Source: Deltaproteobacteria bacterium
Lineage (GTDB): Bacteria > Myxococcota_A > Polyangia > Fen-1088
Length of the DNA stretch: 64,000 nt
Reading direction: 5' to 3'
NCBI GenBank assembly: GCA_033763315.1
Contig: JANRKS010000040.1
Coordinates: 32,001 to 96,000 of the forward strand
The position numbers were made by a program, and so were the translations under genes. Shown here piece after piece: positions 19,899-30,771 of this stretch; positions within the stretch are counted from its first letter, which is position 1; the number at the start of each line of letters is the position of its first letter. A model generated the notes under the pieces. The model had not been told where the DNA came from. It did not search any database and worked only from the letters and a program-made list of their open reading frames with translations.

Positions 19899-21451
19899 AG
19901 GTGCGCTCCTGGTGGCGGCAAGTGCAAGGCGGGCCGGTCATACACACCGGTAAGCGTTCGCAAGAAGGCCGCTAGATCGGCACGATCGCGCGCGCTCAAC
20001 TTGAGTGGCTTCAACTCATGCGCCACGCCAGCGCTTGTGTCACCGCCTTGGTCGTAGTGCTGAATCACATCGTCGAGCGTGCTGTAAACACCATCGTGCA
20101 TGTAGGGCGCCGTTAATGCCACGTCGCGTAAACTTGGCGTGCGCCATTGGCCTTTCATCTGGGCGCCTGGCACCATCGTATAGAACCGGCTGCGTTCAGA
20201 CCCCTTGGCAGGATCGTCGCTAAACGCCCCGTTGCGCAGCACGGGCGACGCTTGCAGCTTGGTCAAGCCATCGAAGAATCCCCAGGGCAAACAGTTGCGC
20301 GGGGTCACGCAATCGCATGCGCCACCGGCGGGGCAATCGACCACGGTGGGCACGCTCACGCCTTGTTGCGGAACGCCGATGTTGTGAAAAGCGTTGTCCG
20401 AAAACAGCGGTGTGTTGTGGCACGAGATACAAGACGCGCGCCCGACGAACAAACGTAGGCCGCGCTTGGCGTCGTCTGAAAGCGCCGTGGATTCTGGTCC
20501 CTCGGCCACGAAGCGATCAAACGGGGCGTTGCGGCTGCGCAGCTCAAACTCATACGCGCCGATCAACTTTGCAACGTTCACCAGCGTGCGTGTCACGGCG
20601 GATCGATCTGCATCCGTCATGCAATCGAACGCATCAGCAAACGGCTCAGTGGCGTCGCCCACCTGGCAGCCAGCTTTTTTGCCAGGCTTGCCCTTGAGCG
20701 GGAACCGGGGCAAACAGACCTGGGCTCCTGTTTCCACGTTGGTGGCCACGGCGCAACCCGTGGGGCAGGCGGGCGCCACACCTGCACATACACCAGCCAC
20801 ATCGACAGCGGCGGCCACCTCGGCGCTTGTGCCGGTCATCGGCAATGGTTCGCCGATCACCGCTTCGTAAGCCGCGCGGTATTTGTCGGCTACCGCCCAT
20901 GCGATGCTCAAACGGTTGCCATTCATCGAAACGGCTGATTCGATCACGGCAAAAGCTTGCCCCCACAAGGAATCCGAACGTCCATTCCAATACAGCAGAT
21001 CATAGTAAGCGGCGTTGACCGACTGTTGGCTGTTGACGTCGTACCAGCCCGCGCCCACAGAAACGTGCCCGGGCACCGAAGAGGTGTCGGTGCCGGCGTG
21101 CGTGGGGTTGTGGCAAGAAGCGCAAGACAACGCCGTTCGAGTGCCGAGCGGCGAACGCGCCGAAGCCGTCGCGCGCCCTAAGGTGTCCACCCAGGTGGAA
21201 ACGCCGGAAAAATCCCCTTCGAAATAGAACTGCCATCCCAACGCCACGGCGGCTTCGTTGCCGACGAAGCGGTTAGAAGCATCGTTGCGGGGGGGCGCCA
21301 AGCCCGCCAATGACTGGGCCCGAGACCATTCTTGATGTGTGAAAAAGCAACCCGCTTCCTCACACCCAAGGTCATCAAGCCCACCACAGGCAGACAACAG
21401 CAAGGCTGTCGCGCCGAACAAATGGAAGGTGGTGGCGGGGAAATTCGACAC
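19895..21451 (-). CDS. Di-heme cytochrome c peroxidase/MauG-superfamily lipoprotein with Cys-rich inserts
   Basis: Lipobox LLSAC; AVALGWQFYF; CASCH and CISCH heme motifs; YWNGRSDSL; FHNIG; WRTPSLRDVALTAPYMHDG. Confidence 0.92.
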   Translation of the reverse strand: MSNFPATTFHLFGATALLLSACGGLDDLGCEEAGCFFTHQEWSRAQSLAGLAPPRNDASNRFVGNEAAVALGWQFYFEGDFSGVSTWVDTLGRATASARSPLGTRTALSCASCHNPTHAGTDTSSVPGHVSVGAGWYDVNSQQSVNAAYYDLLYWNGRSDSLWGQAFAVIESAVSMNGNRLSIAWAVADKYRAAYEAVIGEPLPMTGTSAEVAAAVDVAGVCAGVAPACPTGCAVATNVETGAQVCLPRFPLKGKPGKKAGCQVGDATEPFADAFDCMTDADRSAVTRTLVNVAKLIGAYEFELRSRNAPFDRFVAEGPESTALSDDAKRGLRLFVGRASCISCHNTPLFSDNAFHNIGVPQQGVSVPTVVDCPAGGACDCVTPRNCLPWGFFDGLTKLQASPVLRNGAFSDDPAKGSERSRFYTMVPGAQMKGQWRTPSLRDVALTAPYMHDGVYSTLDDVIQHYDQGGDTSAGVAHELKPLKLSARDRADLAAFLRTLTGVYDRPALHLPPPGAHL

Positions 21452-21559
21452 GCCAGCAATGTAACCGCGTTATGGCAAAGAGGGCAGTTCTGTTTTCGAA
21501 CCGTGGTCCACAAAAATGCCTTTTGAGGCTTCGCGCCCACCTTGGGTGATCGGGCCACC

Positions 21560-23827
<2,268 letters not shown>

Positions 23828-23923
23828 AGCCGCCTTCGCAGGCAGGCCACGCGCCCGCCCTAACCTACAGGTATTTCAAGGGTAAGCGCGCTCCTCACAC
23901 AAGCTGCGCGTAATTCTGCCGAT

Positions 23924-26900
23924 GTGGCACATGTCGTGGCAAACGCGCGGAACACCAACAACGGAGACGGAGCCGATAGGGCCACAGCTGCCGCTGCCCG
24001 CACGTCCGCAAACATCGTCGCGTTGCCGCCCGAGGTGATCAAGGCGGCCAGCGAGGGCGCGCAACAACTGGGGCATTACATCCTCATCAGGGAGTTGGGG
24101 CAAGGTGGATCGGGCACCGTCTACGCGGCGTGGGATAGGCACCTTGGACGATGGGCGGCGATTAAGGTTCTGAACCACATAACCGCGGAGAGCGCCGCAC
24201 GGTTTCTGCGGGAGGCCCAGATGGCGTCACGCCTATCGCACCCCCACATCGTGCCGCTTTACGAAGCCTCCGAAGCGGACGGGGGGCGCCCCTTCTTGGC
24301 AATGAAACTGATCCATGGTCAGCAGCTCTCGCGCGTGCAACTTGAGGTCAAACGCGCGAGCGCCGTTATGCGCGACGTGGCGGATGCCGTTCAATACGCC
24401 CACGACAACGGCGTGATCCATCGCGATCTCAAGCCGCAAAACCTGATGCTTGATGAAGCGGGCCACGTATGGATCCTGGACTTCGGCCTGGCACACTCCG
24501 TAGACAATGGCAGCACCTTAACGGTGGCCGGCGCCATCGTGGGCACGCCTGCCTTTATGCCGCCCGAACAAGCGCGCGGTAAACACTGCGATGAACGCAG
24601 CGATGTGTACGCGTTGGGCGCCACCTTGTATGCGTTGTTGAGTGGTCGCGCGCCGTTTGAAGGCGACAACGCTTTGTGGGTAATGACCCAAGTTTTGGCT
24701 GACGATCCGCCACCTTTGCGATCGTTGAACGAACGTGTTCCAAAGGACATCGAGACGATCGTTCAAAAGGCCATGCGCCGTGATCCACAACAACGATACG
24801 CGCGCGCCCGTGACTTCGCCGACGACCTGCGCCGGCACGACCGCGGTGAGGTTGTGACGGCACGCCCCGTGGGCGCAGCCGCGCGCTTGGCCAAAACCGT
24901 GCGGCGAAACAAAGTCGCCGCTGTCACGTTGGCGGCGATCGTCTGCGGCGTGGGCTTGTTCGGATTGGGGGCCTTCCGCTACGCAAAGGATATGGAGGTG
25001 CGCGAACAGGCCACGGCGGAGGCGCGCGCCTTGGCCGAATCGCGCTTGGCGCAAGCGTCGAAGAACCTGAAAACAGCCGAGCTCAACCGCGCCGAGGGCC
25101 TTGTGGAGGAAGGCAACGCGCTTGGCGCCGCGGGCGATTGGCAAAGTGCAAGCTTGCGCTACCAAGCGGCCGATACGATTTTTAAAGGGGTCGGCGAGGA
25201 AGATCCTGGGCCCAACGCGGGCATGACGGACGTGCTTATGCGTGCGCCTCCGCCCATATGGATCCAACCAGCCCTTCATTCGGCGCGCATCACAGAGCTG
25301 GTTCTAAATCGTGACGAAACCCGCACCTACTCAAGCAGCTTGGATGGCACCGTCAAAGTTTTCGACCCGCGCAATCAACAGGTCGAACACACGTTTGAGT
25401 TGAACGTGCAAGTGTGGGCGCTGGCGCTCGATCCCTCTGAGCGCTTTCTCGTGGCAACCACAGAGGACGGGCAAGCGGTGATCTGGGACGTGAAGACTTT
25501 CGCGGAGGTGCGGAAGTTGCAGCAATTGCCAACACGCCTGCGAGCGATCGCCTTTTCCCCCGATGGGCGCTGGCTGACCGGCGTCTATTTCGACGGCACC
25601 GTCGTGACGTGGGCGTTTCCCGAAGGGCGCGTCTTGGCGACGTGGAAGGAGGCCACTTACGCGCGCTCAGTTGCGTATCCCGCGTTTGGCAATGGCACTG
25701 TAACGATCGGCCTCTCGCACGATCGCACCGGGCCCTGGGCCGTTTTGCGCAAGGCAGACACGGGCCAAAAGGTCGGCGCACTCACCAACAACAAGGCCTT
25801 CGCTGGCGTTCGCAACATCGTGGCCGACCGTCGAACAGGGTCCTTATATGCAGGGTTTGACGGCGGCTTTTTGATTCAGCCCAAGGGCAGCCAAGGGGCG
25901 CACACCTATGCCAGTTTCGGACACACCGTCGGCGTGTCATTGAACGCGGCGGAAGATCTTTTGGCCGTCGGGTTCCTAAAAGGAGCCATCCAAGTGCGCT
26001 CACTTTCGAGCCCGCAGAAGGTCCTATTCTCGTTGACGGAAGGCGGAGGTGAGATCACGAGGCTTGGCCGCAAAGGCCGCGTATTTTCCGCAACCGATAA
26101 AGGCGCTCTCCAGCTTTGGGCCATGGGCACTCAACCCTCGATGGGTAGGGTGGCCGAGCAAGACAATGTCATTGGCGTGCAGTCGACGATGGCGGGCGCG
26201 TTGGTGGTGGTGGAACATCGTGGGGGGCGGTTCACTGGCGTGGATCGCGCCACGGGCAAGAATTTATGGACGGTTCAACTCCCGGTTCCTGCGAGGTCGT
26301 TCTCGCTGCCCTCGCCACAGGCGGATCGTTTGGCGTCATGCGATCAAGAAGGTCACCTGCGCATCTTCGCGTTGCCTTCGGGGAAACAACTCCTCATGAT
26401 TCAAGTCGATACCCCGGTGAGGTTCTTAAAGTTCTCGCCGGATTCGCGCTGGCTGGGTGCCACCTTCGCACCCGGGGGTGCGTTGTTTGATGCGAGTACG
26501 GGCGCCCTAATGACCTCGTTCAACGGCGAGCTGACGCATCGGTTCGTCGCGTTCGCTCCCGATGGCAGCCACATGGCGACGATGAGCGGAGCCGAACTTG
26601 TGATCTTCGATATGAAAGCGATGCAGGTGAAGAAGCGCTTTCCCTACCACGCAGGTTGGCGGGCTACTGACGGCTTCTGGAACGCCAAAGCGGGTGTGGT
26701 GATGGTCGCCTTCGAGGACCAAGGGGTCGTTTCTTATGATCTTCAGACGGGCGAAGAGAAGCCGCTGGTGCTGTCCGACCATGTTTCAAGTCAATTGGCG
26801 CTCGCAGCGGTGTCACGGCCCGTGCTGTGGCTGGGAACCTTGAAACATCAAGACGGAGAACTGGGGATTGATGTCTGGGACATCACAAAGAAGCGCCGCG

Positions 26901-27415
26901 TGCATCGGTTTCAGTCGAGCGGCGTTGCCGTGACCGAGCCGCACCTGCCAAGCGACGTTCCGTTGGCCGTCTCGGTAAACGACGCAGGCGAAGTCGTGGT
27001 CTGGGATCTGACGCTGCCAGATCGTTTCCAAAACCGACAGGACGAATTCGAGTTGGCCATCCGCAAAGAGGAGAAGGTGCCCTCCCCGCGCACTCATCTG
27101 GCATTGGCACGATACTTCTCTATGCGTGGCGTTGATGATTGGGCCGCCGACGAGTTCATGAAATTTGAAGAGTCAGCGGGTGCCCTGCGCCGCGAGGTAA
27201 CGGCGCTTGAATATGGCCGCGCGCTGTGGCTGGGCGGGCACATCCAGAAAGCTTTGCAGCAATACCAACACGCGCTGAAGAACGGCGAAGCGCCGTCCGA
27301 CTACTTGAGACTGTGCATCACGGCCTTGGAAGCGGAGTTGCAAGCCGGGTCTAAAGCCGCGGCCACGCCTGTGCCAAAGCGGCGCACGAAAAGCCAGCCC
27401 GTGCGGACGCTGTGA
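23924..27415 (+). CDS. Ser/Thr protein kinase with TM helix, WD40 beta-propellers and TPR-like C-terminus
   Basis: GQGGSGTVY, AIK, HRDLKPQN, DFG, GTPAFMPPEQ; WD repeats (SSLDGTVKVFD, AFSPDGRWL, FSPDSRWL). Confidence 0.93.
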   Translation: MAHVVANARNTNNGDGADRATAAAARTSANIVALPPEVIKAASEGAQQLGHYILIRELGQGGSGTVYAAWDRHLGRWAAIKVLNHITAESAARFLREAQMASRLSHPHIVPLYEASEADGGRPFLAMKLIHGQQLSRVQLEVKRASAVMRDVADAVQYAHDNGVIHRDLKPQNLMLDEAGHVWILDFGLAHSVDNGSTLTVAGAIVGTPAFMPPEQARGKHCDERSDVYALGATLYALLSGRAPFEGDNALWVMTQVLADDPPPLRSLNERVPKDIETIVQKAMRRDPQQRYARARDFADDLRRHDRGEVVTARPVGAAARLAKTVRRNKVAAVTLAAIVCGVGLFGLGAFRYAKDMEVREQATAEARALAESRLAQASKNLKTAELNRAEGLVEEGNALGAAGDWQSASLRYQAADTIFKGVGEEDPGPNAGMTDVLMRAPPPIWIQPALHSARITELVLNRDETRTYSSSLDGTVKVFDPRNQQVEHTFELNVQVWALALDPSERFLVATTEDGQAVIWDVKTFAEVRKLQQLPTRLRAIAFSPDGRWLTGVYFDGTVVTWAFPEGRVLATWKEATYARSVAYPAFGNGTVTIGLSHDRTGPWAVLRKADTGQKVGALTNNKAFAGVRNIVADRRTGSLYAGFDGGFLIQPKGSQGAHTYASFGHTVGVSLNAAEDLLAVGFLKGAIQVRSLSSPQKVLFSLTEGGGEITRLGRKGRVFSATDKGALQLWAMGTQPSMGRVAEQDNVIGVQSTMAGALVVVEHRGGRFTGVDRATGKNLWTVQLPVPARSFSLPSPQADRLASCDQEGHLRIFALPSGKQLLMIQVDTPVRFLKFSPDSRWLGATFAPGGALFDASTGALMTSFNGELTHRFVAFAPDGSHMATMSGAELVIFDMKAMQVKKRFPYHAGWRATDGFWNAKAGVVMVAFEDQGVVSYDLQTGEEKPLVLSDHVSSQLALAAVSRPVLWLGTLKHQDGELGIDVWDITKKRRVHRFQSSGVAVTEPHLPSDVPLAVSVNDAGEVVVWDLTLPDRFQNRQDEFELAIRKEEKVPSPRTHLALARYFSMRGVDDWAADEFMKFEESAGALRREVTALEYGRALWLGGHIQKALQQYQHALKNGEAPSDYLRLCITALEAELQAGSKAAATPVPKRRTKSQPVRTL

Positions 27416-27559
27416 GACCGGGTCAGCCACGTCTTCGATGAAGTGGCGGCCTTTGTCGTTTTTTTGAGCAACACAAAGGCGCTGCGGACACTGAGACAAC
27501 AGGCGCTCGCTTTGCCGTGCTGGCAGAGCCCGGGCGGCCGCCTAAGAAGGAGAAGCTTT

Positions 27560-29815
27560 ATGTTCTGGGTCCCTACCAAAATCAAAGCGTTGTTGATGGA
27601 GCCATCACCTGATCTGGCGCGAACCTGCACCGCGCTTCAGATTTGTTTCGCCCTGGTGTTGTGCGTCAGTTTCGTCGCCTGCGGCGCCCGCGGGGGCAGC
27701 ACGGATGGCGTTGGTGGCAACGCTGGCACGGGGGGAGGCGGTGGCGGCGGCGGAGCGTCCGTAGACGCTTCTGCGCAAGACGGTTTTGTCTTCGACACCG
27801 ACACGCGCGTCATGCCCGACGGCGGCGCGTGCACTCCCATCACCTGCGAACAGGCGGGTGGAAAATACTGCGGCCGAATTGGCGACGGCTGTGGCGGCGC
27901 GCTTGAATGCGGCGGTTGCGTCGATGGCCAGACCTGCGGCGGCGGCGGCCGAACCAGCGTTTGTGGTGCACCGCCCGATCCGAACTGCAAGCCACTAACC
28001 TGCGATCAACCCGGAGGCAAATTGTGCGGCAGCCTGGGCGATGGTTGTGGCGGTGCGCTTGAATGCGGCGGCTGCAGCGACGGCAAAACCTGTGGCGGTG
28101 GCGGGCTGCCCGGCGTGTGCGGGTTACCGCCTGATCCTTCCTGTAAGAAGCTCACGTGTGAACAAGCCGGTGGAAAATTGTGCGGCAAAGTTGGCGATGG
28201 TTGTGGCGGCCTCATGGATTGCGGCGGATGCCCGGGAACGTTCACGTGCGGCGGCGCCGGCACGCCCGGCGTGTGTGGCCCCGCGCCGGGCACATGCACG
28301 CCGCGCACCTGCCAGCAAGACAGCTGGAAATACTGCGGCAGCATTGGCAATGGCTGTGGCGGCACGCTCAATTGTGGCGGTTGCAGCGCGCCCGACACCT
28401 GTGGCGGCGATCCCCGCGCGCCAAGCGCTTGCGGACAAGATCGCTGCAAAAACTTGTGCTTGAAGCAAACCAGCTGCCCCAATGGTGGAACCACTTCGGT
28501 CAGTGGCGTGGTTGTGGCTCCCACGCTGCCAAAATACGGTACGCCCGATCCGATCTATAACGCTCTTGTCTTCGTGCCCAACGAACCAGTCAAACCGTTC
28601 ACATCTAAAATCATGTGTGAAAGCTGCGAAGCACAGGTGACCGGCGCCCCATTGGTGGCCACCACCAGCGGCGCCGATGGCAAGTTCACGCTGACGAACG
28701 TTCCCGTGGGTGACAACATCCCGCTTGTGATTCAACTTGGGCGTTGGCGACGTCAGGTTGTGATCCCGAAAGTGCAGGCGTGCAAGAACAACGCTCTGAC
28801 CACTGAATTGACCCGCTTTCCGCGCAACAAGACCGAAGGCGATATTCCTCAGTTTGCCTTGGCCACGGGCAAGGTGGATGCGATTGAATGCGTGCTCCAC
28901 AAAATGGGCATCGATCAATCTGAGTTCAGCCCGCCCTCGCAAAGCGGCCGTGTGCACGTGTATCAACAAAACGGCGTGATCCAGCAGCAGAACGGTACGA
29001 AAGTCACGCCTGCGGAAAGCCAGTTGTGGAGCAGCGCCTCCACGCTTGAAAAATACGACATTGTTGTGATGCCATGCCGTGGGGGGGCTGACGCCCCCGC
29101 AGGTGCAAACACACAGCGCATCGTTGATTATGCGAATGGCGGCGGACGCTTTTTCGCCACGCACTACAGCTACACGTGGTTGACGTGGATGCTTAAGGCC
29201 GCACAGAAAGGTTACCCCGTGGGCGCGTTGCCCATCTGGACGGGCAACCTAGACACACGGCCTGCGGACTGGATGCAGCGCATTTTCGAGCCCACCCTGG
29301 TGGACCAAAGCACTGACAAGGGCAAAGCATTTTACAGCTGGCTCGCAAACGTCAACGCACTCAATGGCACGGATCCAGGCGACATTGGCATTCAAGACTT
29401 CCGCACCGATCTCACTTCGATCGATGCGCCTGCCACGCGCTATCTCTACACCGACGCCACGATGAAGGCCGTGACGGTGCAACAATTTGATCTGGGCATG
29501 CCGTGGACCGCGGCCCCGGCGAACCAATGCGGCAAGGTGGTTTTCAGTGACTTCCACGTCTCTGAAAAAGACAATCTCACCGACAAGGTGTTGTTCTCGT
29601 CAGACAATTGCAACGACTTAGCGATGCGGCCGCAAGAGAAGGTGCTCGAGTTCTTGTTGTTCGATATCGCTTCTTGCGTGAAGCCGCTTGAGCTGCCACC
29701 ACCCCCACCACCGCCTCCGGCCGCACCGCCGGGCCAGCCACCTGCGGCGCCGCCAATGGCGCCCATGGCACCCCCGCCAGCACCGCCGCCCTTGCCCCCA
29801 CCGCCGCCCCTATAG
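27560..29815 (+). CDS. Myxobacterial Cys-rich repeat lipoprotein with carboxypeptidase-regulatory-like domain and poly-Pro tail
   Basis: AAGGAG RBS; FVAC lipobox; four CxxxTC...CG.IGDGCGG.L.CGGC repeats; DPIYNALVFVP, GKFTLTNVPVG...GRWRRQ, QCGKVVFSDFH, QEKVLEFLLFD. Confidence 0.85.
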   Translation: MFWVPTKIKALLMEPSPDLARTCTALQICFALVLCVSFVACGARGGSTDGVGGNAGTGGGGGGGGASVDASAQDGFVFDTDTRVMPDGGACTPITCEQAGGKYCGRIGDGCGGALECGGCVDGQTCGGGGRTSVCGAPPDPNCKPLTCDQPGGKLCGSLGDGCGGALECGGCSDGKTCGGGGLPGVCGLPPDPSCKKLTCEQAGGKLCGKVGDGCGGLMDCGGCPGTFTCGGAGTPGVCGPAPGTCTPRTCQQDSWKYCGSIGNGCGGTLNCGGCSAPDTCGGDPRAPSACGQDRCKNLCLKQTSCPNGGTTSVSGVVVAPTLPKYGTPDPIYNALVFVPNEPVKPFTSKIMCESCEAQVTGAPLVATTSGADGKFTLTNVPVGDNIPLVIQLGRWRRQVVIPKVQACKNNALTTELTRFPRNKTEGDIPQFALATGKVDAIECVLHKMGIDQSEFSPPSQSGRVHVYQQNGVIQQQNGTKVTPAESQLWSSASTLEKYDIVVMPCRGGADAPAGANTQRIVDYANGGGRFFATHYSYTWLTWMLKAAQKGYPVGALPIWTGNLDTRPADWMQRIFEPTLVDQSTDKGKAFYSWLANVNALNGTDPGDIGIQDFRTDLTSIDAPATRYLYTDATMKAVTVQQFDLGMPWTAAPANQCGKVVFSDFHVSEKDNLTDKVLFSSDNCNDLAMRPQEKVLEFLLFDIASCVKPLELPPPPPPPPAAPPGQPPAAPPMAPMAPPPAPPPLPPPPPL
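27830..28435 (+). repeat. Four in-frame tandem Cys-rich repeat units (153-156 bp period)
   Basis: Units start at 27830, 27986, 28142 and 28295; GGCGAYGGYTGTGGCGG-type core recurs. Confidence 0.85.
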
Positions 29816-29912
29816 CCTGGAACACTGACGCGTCTGGCGCCCGATTCATGTGGCGCCAGACATCGTCGTACTTGCAAGGCAACAAGCCCCACCAGGAAGA
29901 CGCGCCCGCGGA

Positions 29913-30533
29913 CTAACGACACCACAACCCACAAGTTGTGCCGCCGAATGATCCCGGCGGCCGAATGGCGGTGGCGATGCAACCTTCGGGCGACGACTCA
30001 AACTCAACGTCGACGCCCAACGGCACCTCATCCTTGCACGAGAGCTGGCGCTCGAAAACGCGAAAGCCGTTGAACGTCTGCACCACAAGGTATTGGCCTT
30101 GCCTTCCGGCGTACGCCAAGAGCGCACCCGTGCGCGGTGACACCGAACGTGAATCCGGCGTCACCAGCGGGCGACACAAAACCGCGCAGGTTTCATGCGT
30201 GGAAGGATCAAACAAACGGTTGTGCGTGCATGCCTCCGCAAATTGCGAGAGGCGCACCAACGCGCCTTGCTGGGTGTGTTCACAGCCTTGTCCTTCAAAC
30301 AGGTGCAACCCCGTTTGCGTGGCAACGAGGAAGAGCTCCCCTTGCGACGCCATTTCCACGCGGCCTTCCTCTTGTCCAACGTCGCTCCAGTTCTGGTTGT
30401 CGCGCGGCCCTGACGGAAGCTCGCCTTCGATGGCCGCCGGTGCAGATCCCTCAACCACATGAGAGGGCGGCGTGGGGGGCACCGAAACGCACGCGACGAG
30501 AACAACGGCGAAACCCAATGCGTGCAGCAACAT
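29913..30533 (-). CDS. Hypothetical Cys-containing lipoprotein
   Basis: MLLHALGFAVVLVAC lipobox; two similar internal halves (LVATQTGLHLFE...C and LVVQTFNGFRVFE...C). The longer upstream extension in the track is a shadow. Confidence 0.6.
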   Translation of the reverse strand: MLLHALGFAVVLVACVSVPPTPPSHVVEGSAPAAIEGELPSGPRDNQNWSDVGQEEGRVEMASQGELFLVATQTGLHLFEGQGCEHTQQGALVRLSQFAEACTHNRLFDPSTHETCAVLCRPLVTPDSRSVSPRTGALLAYAGRQGQYLVVQTFNGFRVFERQLSCKDEVPLGVDVEFESSPEGCIATAIRPPGSFGGTTCGLWCR

Positions 30534-30549
30534 TCCAAAGGGCATACCA

Positions 30550-30759
30550 TTGTGTGGCACCGCCATCCACGACAACACGGCCAATGAAGGCGGCGGCGCC
30601 ATTTTCTTCGTGAGCAACGATCGGACAGGCTCGCTGGTGATCAAGGACTCAGTGCTCACCGCTAACCTCAGCAAGGGCTTCGAGACACAGGGCTTCCCCG
30701 GCATCTTTGTGCTCGCGAAATCGGCGCCCGAGGTCACAGGCTCGACGATTACGAAGTGG
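30550..30759 (+). pseudogene. Orphan C-terminal fragment of a GGA(I)-repeat (polymorphic-membrane-protein/pectin-lyase-like) protein
   Basis: LCGTAIHDNTANEGGGAIFFVSNDRTGSLVIKDSVLTAN...GFETQGFPGIFVL with GC3-rich codons but no supported start; wedged between two minus-strand genes. Confidence 0.6.
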
Positions 30760-30771
30760 CCGTCGCTCGCG

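Noticed and set aside
27830-28435. Regularly spaced DNA repeats resembling an array (also 39721-40272)
   Set aside because: In-frame protein repeats with synonymous divergence; not CRISPR, as there are no identical repeats with unique spacers and no cas genes.
28124-29164. 346-aa minus-strand ORF, and similar long overlapping ORFs such as 5..838, 16397..17212, 42072..42995 and 60633..61502
   Set aside because: They overlap well-supported genes in another frame or strand and contain no recognisable domains.
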